The notes under the pieces: model-generated
What the model was told of the DNA's origin: nothing
Databases searched by the model: none
What the model saw: the letters and a program-made list of their open reading frames with translations, nothing else
Position numbers and translations under genes: made by a program
In this document: positions 12,407-26,300 of the stretch, piece by piece
How positions within the stretch are numbered: the stretch's first letter is position 1
Layout of the letters: each line of letters opens with the position of its first letter
Assembly (NCBI GenBank): GCA_026025075.1
Contig: JAPEUI010000005.1
Location: 124,001-188,000 of the forward strand
DNA from: Vezdaea acicularis
Taxonomy: Eukaryota
Direction: 5' to 3'
DNA: 64,000 nt

Positions 12407-15400
12407 ATGAAGTTCCTGGTCATTCCCGGGGAGGATGCCTTTTCTTCTTTTAGGATTGCCAACCTTCTGCGCTCATTAACCAGTAAGAGTCCAACTCACA
12501 AGCCGAAAGACTTGCGGGCGATCTGGATACACTATGTGAGCGTGGATGAAAGCTTGAAAGATGGAGATTCTCAGGATCAAGACTTGCGATATCTTTTGGG
12601 GGTCCCCACAGAGGATGATTCGGGAAATGACAGGCTCAAGCTAGAACTCCTAGCCACTATTCAAGGCTTAAGGGCCCCGGATGAAAATACCAGAGTCTTT
12701 TATATCTGCCCGCGGATCATCTCACCATGGAGTTCAAAGGCGACCAGCATTGCAAAAGTGTGCAACCTGGATTCCGTAAAACGAATCGAAAGGGGTATGG
12801 CTATTGCCATTGAGTTTGAGACTCCAATGTCCCTTGAAGGGGACATGCCCTTTGCAGAAGATATGTACGACCGTATGACCCAGACTTTCAGCCCCTACCC
12901 GCCAGACTTGGGAGCTATGTTTGCATCTACCCTGCAACAGGGGCCTCCTGCTCTTAAGATACCCCTCGGAGCAACAGATTCGACCGCTCGAGAAGCCTTG
13001 AAGAAAGCAAACAGAGATTTGGGACTTGCATTGGATGGACTAGAGATTGATTTCTTGGTCAAAGCCTACACTACTGTGCTTGCCAGAGATCCGTACGATG
13101 TGGAGCTTTTCATGTTCGCACAGGTCAATTCAGAGCATTGCCGTCATAAGCAATTCAATGCGGACTGGACGATTGATGGGATGCGAAAGGTGGATACCTT
13201 GTTCCAGATGATCAAAATGACTCATAAGTTGAACCCAAAGTACACTATCAGTGCCTACAGCGATAATGCAGCTGTGCTGCAAGGTGAGCAAGGGAGTCTC
13301 TGGGCTCCAGATCATGCTACGAGGCAGTGGTCCCAAAATAAAGAGGTGGTTCACTACTTAGCCAAAGTGGAGACCCATAACCATCCCACAGCGGTATCCC
13401 CCTTTCCTGGCGCGGCAACTGGATCTGGTGGTGAGATCAGGGATGAGGGCGCTGTTGGGAGGGGATCAAGGCCAAAAGCTGGATTAGCAGGCTTTTGCGT
13501 CTCTAACCTCCATATACCGAGCCTTTCGCAACCATGGGAGATCGATGTGGGAAAACCAAACCACATCGCCAGCGCCCTGGATATCATGCTTGAAGCACCA
13601 ATCGGGAGCGCCGCTTTTAACAACGAGTTTGGCCGACCTTGCACGGCCGGGTTTTTTAGAACCCTTCTGACCAGCACGGTCGTGGACAGGGATGGGACAG
13701 AAGAGTTCAGGGGCTACCACAAGCCTGTCATGATTGCCGGTGGACTTGGCACAGTGAGGCCGCAACATGCGTTAAAAGATGCGAATCTAGTCCGGCCCGG
13801 AGCATACATTATCGTTCTTGGTGGACCAGCAATGCTGATAGGGTTGGGTGGTGGAGCAGCATCTAGCGTCACCTCAGGAGAAGGCTCTGTGCAGTTAGAC
13901 TTTGCCAGCGTCCAAAGAGGCAACCCGGAGATGCAGCGAAGGGCTCAAATGGTGATTGACGCCTGTGTTGCAATGGGTGCTCAAAACCCTATCAAAATGA
14001 TACACGACGTGGGTGCTGGAGGTCTTTCGAACGCGTTGCCAGAACTTGTACACGACGCAAACTTAGGGGCAGCCTTTGAGCTACGGGAGATTGATAACGC
14101 AGACAAGAGTATTAGTCCTTTGCAGATCTGGTGTTGCGAGGCGCAGGAGAGATATGTGATGGCAGTTGGCCAGGAGGGTATGAATGATTTCGCGGCGATC
14201 GCGCAGCGAGAAAGATGTGGATATTCATTGGTCGGAAGAGCTGTCGGAAACGAGGGGGAAGAGAAGAGACTCATCTTGACAGATAGAGACTCTATTGAGG
14301 CTATGAAGCCGATAGACTTGCCCATGACCACGTTGTTCGGAGAGCCTCCAAAGATGACCAGGATTGTAGAGACGAGAAAGATACAGCATCTATCCTTTGA
14401 CAATAGTCTAGAGAGTTATGTGCCAAAGGGATCGATAGATAACACGCTCCTCCAAGAGGCCATCAATAGAGTTCTATCTATGCCGTCAGTTGGCTCTAAG
14501 TCGTTTCTCATCACAATAGGAGACAGAAGCGTTGGAGGGCTAGTCGCAAGGGACCAAATGGTCGGACCGTGGCAGGTCCCTGTCGCTGATTGCTCGGTCA
14601 CAGCAACATCTCTAACGCCAGGTATAAGGACAGGCGAAGCAATGAGCATGGGGGAAAAGCCAACGCTCGCATTAATATCTGCTGCTTCTTCTGCAAGAAT
14701 GGCTGTCGCGGAAGCATTGACCAACTTGGCGGCAGCCGATATCAAGGATGGGCTGGAAAGGGTACGGCTCTCGGCGAACTGGATGGCGGCAAGCAACCAT
14801 CCCGGAGAAGGGGCGGCTCTATATGAAGCCGTCGAAGCGATAGGAAGGCACCTTTGCCCAGCGTTAGGAATCAGTATTCCAGTGGGAAAGGACTCTATGT
14901 CTATGAAGATGAAATGGACAGATCCCGAGACGAAAAGGGGCAAAGAGGTCACAGCCCCGTTGACAGTTGTCATCTCAGCGTTTGCTCCAGTCTCCGATAT
15001 TACAAAGACGTGGACGCCAGTATTGAGAAGAGTAGAGGATGTTGGCGAATCTGTCATACTATTTGTTGACTTGGCCTTGAAACACCAAGCGATGGGCGGA
15101 TCTGCTTTAGCACAGGCCTTTGGCCAGCTCGGTGATGAAGTGCCAGACGTCCGAGATGTGCAGCTTCTGAAAGATTTCTTTGATGCGATTCAGCAACTCC
15201 AGGAGCAGGGACTCGTCCTTGCCTACCACGATCGGTCCGATGGAGGTCTGTTCACCACACTCGTCGAGATGATGTTTGCTGGTCGTTGTGGCCTTGATAT
15301 CGTCTTGGATCAATTGGCTTCAAACAACTCAACAGAGAACGTTGTCAAGGCTTTATTCAACGAAGAGCTAGGAGCTGTCTTCCAGGTTCGTGCTTCCGAT

Positions 15401-16507
15401 GAAGCAGACTTCCATAGATGCTTTGCCACCTGCGGACCGCCACCAGGCCTAATCAAGAAAATCGGTCGCGTCACGGGTCGCTCCCAGCAAACAATAACTC
15501 TTCGATATGGCTTGGATATCGTATACACTGGGACCAGAGCAGGTCTACAGCAACGGTGGGCGAGCACCTCTCATGCCATGCAGAAGCTTCGAGACAATCC
15601 TGCCTGCGCGGACTCTGAATATGCCACTATTCTCGATGATGCCGATCCCGGTCTTAGCTTCTCTTTAAGATATAAGCCTTCTGAGACTATTCTCCGCCTA
15701 GCAACTGCCCTCACAGCGGCTCTGACCCGGAGGCCGCGCATTGCGATCCTTCGTGAACAAGGTGTCAACGGTCACGCCGAAATGGCCTATGCCTTCAACT
15801 CTGCTGGCTTTGCAGCAATCGACGTCCACATGACTGATCTATTCCGAGGAGACGTAGACCTTGCTTCGTTCGTCGGGCTTGCGGCTTGCGGTGGGTTCTC
15901 CTATGGCGATGTTCTGGGAGCGGGACAGGGCTGGGCAAAGAGCGTCCTCCTCAACGCAAAGCTAAGCCGAGGCTTCCGCACCTTCTTTGGGCGCCCAGAC
16001 ACATTCACCCTGGGTGTCTGTAACGGATGCCAGTTCCTGACTCGTCTCCAAGCCCTCATTCCCGGGACGAATGGCTGGCCTACCTTCGAGCGCAATGCTT
16101 CAGAGCAATACGAAGCTCGCGTCTGTATGGTTGAGATCGATTGCCCGGTCTCTGCTGCCCGGCCTTCAGTCTTCTTCCACGGCATGCACGGCAGCCGTCT
16201 CCCTATAGTTGTGGCGCATGGAGAAGGTCGAGCTTCTGCCATACCCAGAGAAGGATTGGTCCCAATGCGGTATATTGATAACAGGGGACGAGTGACTGAG
16301 AATTATCCCGCGAATCCAAATGGTAGCCCAGGAGGGATTGCTGGCGTGCAGACTCCTGATGGAAGGGTGCTTGCGATCATGCCACATCCAGAAAGGACCG
16401 TACTCGCTGGTGTATCGAGTTGGGTGCCTCCTGGAAAGTGGGGCGAATGGGCCGATCATGGGCCATGGCATAGAATATTTGCGAGCGCGAGAAGATGGGT
16501 AGGTTGA
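12407..16507 (+). CDS. ADE6: Phosphoribosylformylglycinamidine synthase (large-type PurL), intronless, 1366 aa
   Basis: [86 protein letters not shown]. Confidence 0.98.
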   Translation: MKFLVIPGEDAFSSFRIANLLRSLTSKSPTHKPKDLRAIWIHYVSVDESLKDGDSQDQDLRYLLGVPTEDDSGNDRLKLELLATIQGLRAPDENTRVFYICPRIISPWSSKATSIAKVCNLDSVKRIERGMAIAIEFETPMSLEGDMPFAEDMYDRMTQTFSPYPPDLGAMFASTLQQGPPALKIPLGATDSTAREALKKANRDLGLALDGLEIDFLVKAYTTVLARDPYDVELFMFAQVNSEHCRHKQFNADWTIDGMRKVDTLFQMIKMTHKLNPKYTISAYSDNAAVLQGEQGSLWAPDHATRQWSQNKEVVHYLAKVETHNHPTAVSPFPGAATGSGGEIRDEGAVGRGSRPKAGLAGFCVSNLHIPSLSQPWEIDVGKPNHIASALDIMLEAPIGSAAFNNEFGRPCTAGFFRTLLTSTVVDRDGTEEFRGYHKPVMIAGGLGTVRPQHALKDANLVRPGAYIIVLGGPAMLIGLGGGAASSVTSGEGSVQLDFASVQRGNPEMQRRAQMVIDACVAMGAQNPIKMIHDVGAGGLSNALPELVHDANLGAAFELREIDNADKSISPLQIWCCEAQERYVMAVGQEGMNDFAAIAQRERCGYSLVGRAVGNEGEEKRLILTDRDSIEAMKPIDLPMTTLFGEPPKMTRIVETRKIQHLSFDNSLESYVPKGSIDNTLLQEAINRVLSMPSVGSKSFLITIGDRSVGGLVARDQMVGPWQVPVADCSVTATSLTPGIRTGEAMSMGEKPTLALISAASSARMAVAEALTNLAAADIKDGLERVRLSANWMAASNHPGEGAALYEAVEAIGRHLCPALGISIPVGKDSMSMKMKWTDPETKRGKEVTAPLTVVISAFAPVSDITKTWTPVLRRVEDVGESVILFVDLALKHQAMGGSALAQAFGQLGDEVPDVRDVQLLKDFFDAIQQLQEQGLVLAYHDRSDGGLFTTLVEMMFAGRCGLDIVLDQLASNNSTENVVKALFNEELGAVFQVRASDEADFHRCFATCGPPPGLIKKIGRVTGRSQQTITLRYGLDIVYTGTRAGLQQRWASTSHAMQKLRDNPACADSEYATILDDADPGLSFSLRYKPSETILRLATALTAALTRRPRIAILREQGVNGHAEMAYAFNSAGFAAIDVHMTDLFRGDVDLASFVGLAACGGFSYGDVLGAGQGWAKSVLLNAKLSRGFRTFFGRPDTFTLGVCNGCQFLTRLQALIPGTNGWPTFERNASEQYEARVCMVEIDCPVSAARPSVFFHGMHGSRLPIVVAHGEGRASAIPREGLVPMRYIDNRGRVTENYPANPNGSPGGIAGVQTPDGRVLAIMPHPERTVLAGVSSWVPPGKWGEWADHGPWHRIFASARRWVG

Positions 16508-16585
16508 ACTTCTGGCTCACCCCTGCTTGCCGTCCTAGCAGATTGCTTTTTTGGGGTGGATATCCAATTTGAACCGTTTTGCTCC

Positions 16586-17444
16586 TCATATAACCAGGAC
16601 GAGTATTAGCAAGATAATGAGCGTCAGGATTAGAACCCCGATGCAACAACTCGACATCGTATCTACCACCCATTAGCTTCTTTCAACGCATAATATATTG
16701 TGCATCTTGACTTACCTTCATTCTTCTTGATTACATAACCCATCCTCTTAAGCCCCCCCTGCAGTTTCCCGCCCACCCTATCCGCCAACCCGTCCACGTC
16801 CTCCAGCAACTCATGCTGCTCCCCCAACTCCCTCCCCATATCATCCGCCTGCTGCCTCAAATTCCCCACCGTCTGAAAGACTCCATCGAGGGCCTGATCC
16901 TGCTCTTGCATGATCTCCAACTGTCTCTGCTGCTCAAACGCGCCATACTCATCACTGCCCCTACCCTGCTCCAGATCCGGACTCTCGAAACTATCCGGGG
17001 CCGGCAGCGCACCTTTCGCCGCTGCTCTCATCCCCTTGTCCGTTGCGTCCGCTACCGTTTTCAAAAGCTCTTCGCGCATATCTTCGACCTCGCCGCCGAC
17101 TTCTTCGACGAGGCGTCGGCGCCGCGAGACTTCCTCAATGTCGAGCCCATACCGGAAGGGGTCGTGTTCGATGGCTTTCACGCTGTCGACGAGGTCCGCG
17201 AGGTCGGTGGTTAGTTCCTGTAGTGTGGCTTCTAGTTCGGTGCGCGCTTGCGAGAGTTCGGGACTTGTGGAGGACGTGCTGAGGCTCCGGATGCGCAGGT
17301 AGGAGGTGAAGAGTGGACGGGTCTGGTTGAGAGCGGATAGGACGTCACTATGGACCTGGTTAGTGGTCGAGCTTCCAACGAGGATCAGGGAGCGTACGCC
17401 TGTACTTGGAGGAAAGGGTCGGCTTCTCCGGTTGAGGACATCAT
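16586..17444 (-). CDS. TLG1: Syntaxin-6-like Qc-SNARE, 3 exons
   Basis: DPFLQVQADVL N-terminal domain, EQDQALDGVFQTVGNLRQQADDMGREL SNARE motif, C-terminal SSCCIGVLILTLIILLILVLVI anchor; introns 17348-17397 and 16663-16715. Confidence 0.92.
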
Positions 17445-17903
17445 TTTGAGAGCTTGATTGTAGATTGCTCGTGCTTGGCAAGGCGTTCTCGAAATGTCGG
17501 ATGGCTGTATAGAATGTCGAGGACGACGCGCAATGCTGTAGAGAAATCCTGCGGCTGCCGTAGGGCAATACGGCGACCAAAGCGGCCAACCGAGGCTATC
17601 CCAGCTTCGGAAAGCCTGAAAGCTTAAATTTACACGGGCAAGCTTAACTGCAAGTTTCTCCCACAAATATCTTGCGACTTCCTTTACAATCCTACAGCCA
17701 CCATATAGAGCCAACTTTTGACTACTAGGAGTTACAAGATATACCTATTAATATTAATTTCAGCCGCTGTACGGACATCAGAAGCTAGCTTCCCCAATCG
17801 ACGCTTTCCTCATCTTCGAAATTTGCATTCTCGGGAGCCCGGTTCCACTGTCACAATTGTGCCCTAGGAGATTATTTGAGTCGTTCCGGTCAGATCAATC
17901 ACT

Positions 17904-19057
17904 ATGGTAGAACCAGGGATCACGACGTATGAACAGCTTTCAGAGTTAGAGCGGAAGTTCGACAAGGTGGAGTTGGAGATGAGTACGTTACGACCGCACT
18001 CTTCTTGACTAACCACAAGGAGCAATTGAAGCTTACGAACTGGCAAAATATAGTAAAGACCCAGAATCTACTAACCGCGGACCTCTACAATCAACGGCAA
18101 GAACTAGTGTCTTCGATTGACGGGTTCTGGGCGCTCGTCTTCGAGCAGGCATCGTCCGATATCGACACGTACATTCAAGCCGCCGACTCTCAAGTTTTTG
18201 CAGAGGCACTTGCGTCGATCGATGTCAAGCGCTTTGAAATCCCGCCTTATCTCCCTAGTGGCCAAGAAGAAGGGAGTCCTCGCAGTATCAAGATCTCCTT
18301 CCATTTTAAACCGAACAAATGGTTCCACGACGCTGTTATCGAGAAATATTTCTGGCACCGCCAGGGCAAGACCGGCTGGGTCGGGCTTGTCAGCGAGCCC
18401 GTAAACATACGTTGGAAGCAGGGAATGGATCTCACAGAAGGCTTGCTTGACGCGGCTTTCAGAGCTTACAAAGCTGAGGTGGATGCCGGTGTTCAATGGA
18501 AAGTGGAAACCGATGTCAAGAAGCCCCTACCCGAACAGCTTTCCCTTACGAAGAAGATCGAAGCCATTCCGGATGGCGGAAGAAGCTTTTTCAACTTTTT
18601 TGGTTTCCGGGGGTATCGTGTTAGTAAAGAAGAATCCGCTCATGTCGAGAAGAACGGCCCGGACCCAGATCCAGAAGAGGCTCCAAGTGAAGGAGAGGCT
18701 GTCGACGACTTTGACGATGATAACAAGGATATGCCTCGCGAGATTTTCCCCGACGGTGAAGATTTGGCGATTGCCATAAGTGAGGACCTGTGGACAGATG
18801 CTTTGAAGTATTTCAGTGAGCTCACCCTTTGCCGTAAACGCTGGCAACGTGCTGGCTGTTTGGAGTAAAGCTAACACCGCCTAGCGGAAGCGCAGAATGA
18901 TTCCGGTGAGCATGAAGAGGGCGATGAGGATGAGGATGATGACGAGGACGACATCGATATTCCGGCATTAGTCGCTGCTCCTGCGAAAAGCAAATCGAAT
19001 AAACTGAATGGGAATCATAGCGATGATGATCGGCCACGCAAGAAGCAAAAGGCCTGA
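17904..19057 (+). CDS. NAP/SET family histone chaperone (Vps75-like), 3 exons
   Basis: IDGFWALVF, FHFKPNKWF...KYFW, SEPVNIRWK, SFFNFF, LAIAISEDLW; acidic tail plus RPRKKQKA NLS; introns 17983-18053 and 18816-18884. Confidence 0.88.
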
Positions 19058-20313
19058 AAACGGGATATCTGCGGCGTTGCTTGTACACATATTTCATAAT
19101 TTGCAGGTAATTCATTCAGCTTCTGTCATAGCATGGCATTCTTGATTGGAGATTAGCGGGCATTAGGGAGGCGTTTTCGGTTTAGGGCCTGGCCTAGTCA
19201 CTGTTGCGCATAGCTGATATAACAAGTCCCTTTTCGCGGTTTCCATTCCCTCGTCATACTGCACTGCTTCACACCCATTTACCCAGTGCTCACATGCACT
19301 AACAGCGAACTCCACCCTGGAACACGTAGCCTTTACATTAGATCTATAGGTCGGAATTAATGAGAGCCTATCGGAGTTACCCACCTCCTGCCGAATCTTG
19401 GACTTATCTTGGCTCGAGATCGAAGGATCTCTCATCCCATATAACGGGCGCCTCTACGTAAAACGAGGAAAGGTACATACCCGTTACGCAACCCATTCTG
19501 CGAGACCCTCCAACTCCAAAATTTACGACTGCGTGTTCATTGTGAACATAGGCCATATTCCCTCAATTTCCTTGACGTGGCTGCCTCAAAGCACCGCATC
19601 TCTGTTGACTTCGCTGGTCAAGAGAGACACTAGGGGATGAAAGACGAATACTCTGTAGAGCATGCAGTTTTCTTTAGGCCCGACTAAGATAGTCATAATG
19701 GTTAAAGCGTCTGTCTTTTTTTCTTTTAGTGAGTATATTGCAAGAAGGGGGTATCCACGAGAAGACTAAGGAAGTTGCGGGGATGAGCTTTACAGTGCAA
19801 GGAACTTATAAGCTGGGGTGGTTGGGATTTACCATATCTCGAGGGCGTGTATTCGTCTTGGGTTTTGCTTGGCCACTTTGTAGGGGATGTCCCATTCTTG
19901 CTGTATAGTTACCGAGGCGTGTACCCCTTAGCGGTTCATTGCATGGAAAATCCCCTGGTTGATTGTAAGGGGTACGAACCTGTGGACCGTAGGAATATCT
20001 CTGCTCAAGACCTGATCACGTCGATTGCGAGTCTGGCTCCATTCACCGTATCCTAAGCTGAAAGGCATGACCGGCCTTGGTCAGTACTATGATTGCATTT
20101 CAATTACATACGCTGAAGTTCTAGAAAGCATTGAACCTTTTACTTGAAGGGAATCGTGATTCCGACCATGTGCCGTACTCCATCCCAGGTTTTAAAGACC
20201 GCCCGTTCCATCCTCGCTATGCAATACCATAAATCCCACCCAAATGCGCTACAAGAAACAAAATAAAGAAACTCTGCCCCTCCCCGTCTGGAGCCCGTCA
20301 TGCCCTAAGTCCT

Positions 20314-23300
20314 CTATAGATAAGGCATCCAAAGAGCATCACTCATCGCCAGTTTTTGCGGCATTACCGCCGAGGAGATCAGATCGATAACAGTCTGATT
20401 CGCTGGTAAGTTCCCTACGGGCGGCTGCGCAAGACTCATCGCCTTCTTGACCACGATGTTAGAGTTAAACACCACCGTCTCCCTTAACTGGTGTTCCTGT
20501 GCCCCCCCACCTCTACTTTGCTGCGTGAACCAGAAGTTCATCTCATCCCTCACAAACAGGCTGAGATGCTGCTCAAGATCGAACTCCGGCTCAGTCAAGC
20601 ACCTTGCGATAGCCATGATTGCGCAGCCGAAGATGCCCTCGGTTGCTAGCGGGCCCATGAGCGTTTGCAGATTAGGCGTTAGCCGGAAGGGAACGGGCTC
20701 TGGGTTATGGAAGACAGCTTTGCCGGCTGCCATGGCCGGGATGAGTTCGGAACCCCAAATATTGCCGCTGGAGCGCGCTATGGACATCTTGTGTGGGTAG
20801 CGATTGTTCATGTGCATGACGTAGGTCATGAACGTTAGCGCAGCCATCTGGTAACTGAATTGACGGCGGAAAAGCCAGAAATCGGCGTAGGACGGGTAGG
20901 TCGCTTGAAAATACTCCAAGGCAATGGTAGATGGAACAAGCTTCTCCTGGATCGCGGTGTACGCTTCCATACGGACTTGTTGAGAATCGGGATATTTCTG
21001 TAGACTTGTCTTAGCACTTGCATGGATACTAGTAGGATCTGGTGAGCTTACAGCGTTCTTCATATCAGCCAAGGCACGAAGCTTCTCCATTGTAAAGAGA
21101 ACAGGTTCGTCCTTGTTCATGCCATTGCGTCTGCAGTGATCCTCATATACCCCTTGCAGCGATATATAGGAAGCATCGTCTTGAACTAAGCGAATGTGCG
21201 GAGCCAATGGTACCATCAATGGTAGATGAAAGTTGAGATTGCGACGACGGCTTTCCTTTCTCTTTGCCAGAATACCGTTGAAAATCCTGAATAGTTGCAG
21301 GATCCTTTCTTCACGACGACAGTGACGTGCTGCAGGGTGCTGAATTGCGAAAGGATGGATGCTCCCATCATGACCCCGAATCTTGAGCCTCCGGTGGCAG
21401 ACTCCAATGCTCCTGACTAAGTCTACATTGGGTAAGAAACATTCGATTCGGACAAAATCTGTATGCTTGTCTCTGAGCTGCAGATATTGACCCGGAACGT
21501 CCACCTCTTCAAACTTTTGAAATCGGAATTCGCTCAAGTGAGGGCTATACTGCTCCAAGCTTTGTGTGGACGGCCGGCGGTCCAGCTTCTCCTCAAACTT
21601 GTCTCGCCAACGACGAAGCTTCTGGATGTATTCATGCATAGTTGGTTTCTTGGTCACAAAGTCGGCCTCAAATGATTTGCGGATGTGAGCTGGCAAGACA
21701 GTCTCAGCGAAGCGAGTAATGTTCGCTTCTGTCGCCGGCGGTAATTTAACATCTTGAGCGTATGATGTTGGCATTCGACCAACGTATGACAGTCCATCGT
21801 TGAGTAAAGCCACGATCAGGCGATATGCATCCTCGTCTGGAGGGCACTTAAAGTGCTTCTGGATCTGATCTACCATAGTCTCCATCGAGAGAGCGAGTAG
21901 TGGAAAGGCTGCCTTCAGGATGGATGTAATTTCATCAGTATATTCCCAGGCATTTCTTCGAGCAGGTTCTTTGTTTGCCTGTTGCGATGAAGCTTGCGCA
22001 GCTCCACTCGGACTTGGCTGCTTCTGGCCATTTGGCTCCTGCTTTGGTGATATGGAGTTGTTCGGCTGGCCATTTACCTCGCCATTTGCGGTGTTGGGTC
22101 TCGACAAATTCTCTGCCTTGGTTTGCGGTGTTTGATTCCCTGTTGAAGGCGAGCTTTGCTTAGCAGAAGGGGATCCTTGACCGGCCCTCTTAGCCTTCTC
22201 TTGCTTCGCCTCCTGTTGCTTTTTGATAGTCAACATATCCTCACGGCTTGTCCGAAGAAGAAAGTATAGAGCCTGAGGATAGGCCTTGGCAATCTTGACG
22301 AGTACTTGCTTGCAGAGCCTAGCCTCTCTATGTGACAACGATACAAGAAGTTGAGGGATAAAGGTGATCCAGTACCAAACCGGAGTTTCGCCTTTGAATG
22401 CTTCGTATGCATCGGCGATGGTACTATTTGCATCATCTAGACTCAATAGCCACAGGATCCGGCTAAGGAGTTTTCGGGACTTCGAATTCTTGAAGAGTCC
22501 TGCGGCCTCGAGGTAACAACTGACAGCGGCTGCTCCGTGAACAATGTCATTTGGCTTCTCTTTGAAGAGATTGTCATTGTAGTGGCCCCATTCAGCCCAG
22601 GCCTTTGGAAGTTTCAGATCGTAATAGAGTGCCAATCCATAGGCGTCGTTAGCTTCCTCCTTATGATCAAGTTTGGCGAGGAACATTCCCTTGAGTGTAA
22701 AGAATTCGGCCTTTTGCTGTGCTCCGAAGTAGTTCAGGTTAGTGTTATTGATTACATCAAGTCCACTATTAAGCTCGGCCGGGTTTTGATAATGACATTT
22801 CGCTTGCTCTCTTAACTTCAGGAATGCTTCTTGAATCTCGATATTCGGCAGTGTGTATATCCTGCCGAGTTGGTTGATGCAGACCTCAGGCAATTGATGC
22901 TTACGGGCAACATGTGCAAATCTATTAATGATCCAGGCAGTCTCGTGATATCCGCGGTACGCAAATGAGTTGCTGGCTGCGGCACCACCTTGCTGTGGTA
23001 TGAGATTCAGGTAAGTTTGGTTGACGATGCTGAAGATATGCTGTCGCCAAGTCACAAGATCCTGCCAGGCATTAATGTCATCCCAAACATTTGGCAGGCG
23101 GTCCCGCCATGTGCCAAGGAGCAGCTTCAACTCTTGCGACTTGGTGTCCAAATTTTGCTGGTTCGTCTGCGCCAGACTGGAGCAGATTAGACTGGCATCG
23201 TGAAGCTCAACGAGTTGTTGGAAATTTTGCAAGATGGGAATGTGAGCATTGGTAATTCGCTTCGGTAACTGATGCCATTTCCGGATCGATAGCTGGATTG

Positions 23301-26300
23301 CCTCATCACAGAGCCGGTTGAACTCGGGAACGGTCTCGGTCTTCCCATGAAGCCTCAAAAGAGACATGAAAGCCTGGAAGAAAGCTCGTCTCGGAGTTGG
23401 TGCATCCATCAGGCCCTTGATAACCGAGTCAAGCTGCTCGCGTGTCTCATTGCCTTGCCAGAGCTCCTGCTGTCGCCATGCACATTCCAGGAGGAGATCA
23501 TTGAAGTTTTCATGCTTGGCGAAGTCATTAAGGATATCCCATTGTTGGAGCTTCTGCGCACATATGACCCAGTGATCTTCCCAGAGCATGTATTCACCCT
23601 GCGAGAAAGGAATGGCTCCTGTTCTAGCCTTGATTTGTGCGGCCTCGTACATCTGTTGCGCTTTATCCCAGATCCCGTTCTGTTCATAAGACAAAGCGGC
23701 GTTGGTCTCGACGAACTGGCAACGACGGCGCCAGGTGCCATAGAACAAGTCATCCTCGCCTAGTCCAGCATAGACTTCGACCAGTGCGTCAAGATTGCTC
23801 TCGCGGACACTTGAGCTATCAATGTTTGGCTTGATGGCTGCCTCCTCAAGCATACACGTAGCTGTATACCACGCATCGTACGTTTTACTAACAAACTTCA
23901 GGACATGAGGAGGTATCTTGAAGGTCGGACGTGATTTTGCTACCCCGTCGAGAAGAGTCTGAATCACGTTTGGCCGCCTGTCAACCTGTCTGTTGTGATG
24001 GTCTTTCGTGATAAGCGTGACTATGCCCCGTTCAAGCTCCGCCCTTTCCTCTTTCGACATTGCGGACCAACATAAGGGGAATAGGTAAGTCCAGATATCA
24101 TGAGAGACGGTTGGGTCTAGATGCTGGAGTTGACAAAGCGGCTCGAAGATGTCACGGGCTTTAACTTCTCCAAGCTCCTTGCAGAAATCCCTTTCTTTGG
24201 CTATGCATTCCTCATAAGTCTCTTCCAGCATCAGTTCGTTCTTGCGGGGATCCTTAGCATAGTTACTGAACATTGCTGAGGCAGGAAACGTGCGGAAGTC
24301 TTCGTGATGAAGCTGCACTGGCGTACCCATCTCAACAGAGCCAAACATAAGTTGCGTTGCTTGGTGAAGCCAAAATGATTCTCCAAGAACATCCCAATGT
24401 TGAACAGTAAGGATATAGTTCAGTCTTGAAGTAGCCGTCTTAGTCAGACTCTTCTCAAAGATGGTTAAGAATCGATTACGCATCTCAACATCCTGAGCTC
24501 GAGTACCAACCAAGAACGCATGTTCTAAGCGCACAGTGAGTTCAGAGCGTTTAATCTTGTTGTCCTCGTAGATACGTAGGACAAGATTCAAGAACCGTGT
24601 CAATAATGTCTGATCAGGTCGCTGCTCGAATAAGAGCATTTTAAGGAGGACAGCAGTCTTTTCCTTCAGGGTAGGGAAGGGATCGTTAGACGAAAAGATC
24701 CAAACCTCCACCATGTCAAGGATCTTCATACATAATGGGGTGCTCTGAGACTTTTCGACAAGAGAGGCGAGGACGGAAAGAAAGGGTCGTCGTTGATCAC
24801 CTAGAGCAGACATTCGAAGCGCAACAAGGTCCACCGTTTTTAGTATCAGCTCCGTCTGTATCTCTAGCTCCGTTTGATCAGGTGTGGGAGGCGCAGGAGT
24901 GGGAATACCTCCTTGATGGACAGGTGGTGCGCTGTGGGCCGCTACATGATCCCGAGCAAGTTTTTGTTGAAGTGCCTTCATGACGTGGGGAATATGCTGG
25001 TCCATCTCTGACGGCTTGCGTTTCGAGAGGGTCCAAAGAATATTGATACTCGAGATGTGATTTCCTGCGGATAACGTCTCTGTTGCAATGGCGGAGAGGA
25101 AAGTGACGAATTCAGACGTAGGGGCCTCAGCATCTGGCTCCTCTTCATCTTGGTTCTCTATTGGCACAGCATCCAGAATCCGTTTCACGATTGGCTTCAG
25201 CTTTCGACTGTCTTCAACGTCTTCTGCAGCAGTATGTAAACAGTCTTGTATCTCTGCATTGTCTGAACGAAGGGGCTTCTCTAAAAGCTTCTGGATCTCC
25301 GGAAGATGGGAAACAATCCATTCGTCTGTTTTCGTATTCAGGATAATTCGCATTACTTGAAGGATATCCATGACTCGAGTCGTATGTCTTTCATCAGGCT
25401 TTTCCGCCTTGTCGGACCACAATGATTCAAAGACTTTGCTGTCTAATTTGATGTCTAAGTCGCTCCAGTAATCTGCACTTAGCAGATCTTGGAGAAGCTG
25501 AAGAGACTTGTTAATCATTTCGGTAGAATTTGCTGCCGAGATTGGCCCATGATTCTGAGTCTTTTCTCTTATCTTGCTAGATGGAACAGGATAGCGTTCT
25601 GGAAGCATTGAGACGAAGCCTATTAGATATTTGATGAGGCTTGTCCTCAGTGCCACTGGAATGACATACTCGGCCTTTTCGTTATTAAGCGCTGATGATT
25701 GAGATGTCGCGGATGGCGAAGCAGAGTTATCATGGGAGGCGTCCAGCTTTCTTTTCTTAGAGTTCGGACTGTCCGAAGCAGCTGGCACAGCCAGCCCCGT
25801 CCCTTTTACTCGCCGTTGCTCCCAAATCCAGATTAGCCGGATGACATTGAGAGCTAATTTCTTAGTTTCATTCGAAGGGGTTGGGGGAGAGGCAATCTTA
25901 GGGAGCGACTGTATCAGAACGAGGACGAACTGTTCCCGTGAATCGTAGAAAAGCGCAGGATGCCGCACGAGAAACTGAAAGATGGACATCATTTGCTGAG
26001 GATTCGAGCTCTCTTCAGACAGAATTCGTCTCGGTAGTATAGCCCATCTCGGGGTTCTATTGTCAGCGGCACCTGCAAGGCGTTGCGGCAGAACTGGTGC
26101 GATCAGCTCTAGAGACTGGGTTACCAAAGAACGCCCCTCATTCTGATGTGCACGCAGTAACGCCACATAGATCTGAAGAGTGATCTTCGGAGGCGTTTCA
26201 AAGTGTGCTATGAAATAGCTAAGAACAACGTAAGCAGCTTGCTTGTTAATGACGTCCTCAAGCTTGATGTACGTCCACCCAAACTTGATAAATTCTTTTC

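Noticed and set aside
19163..20056. Short ORFs between the NAP gene and TRA1, including two TTAGGG words
   Set aside because: No recognisable domain or consistent exon chain; isolated TTAGGG hexamers are not a telomeric array
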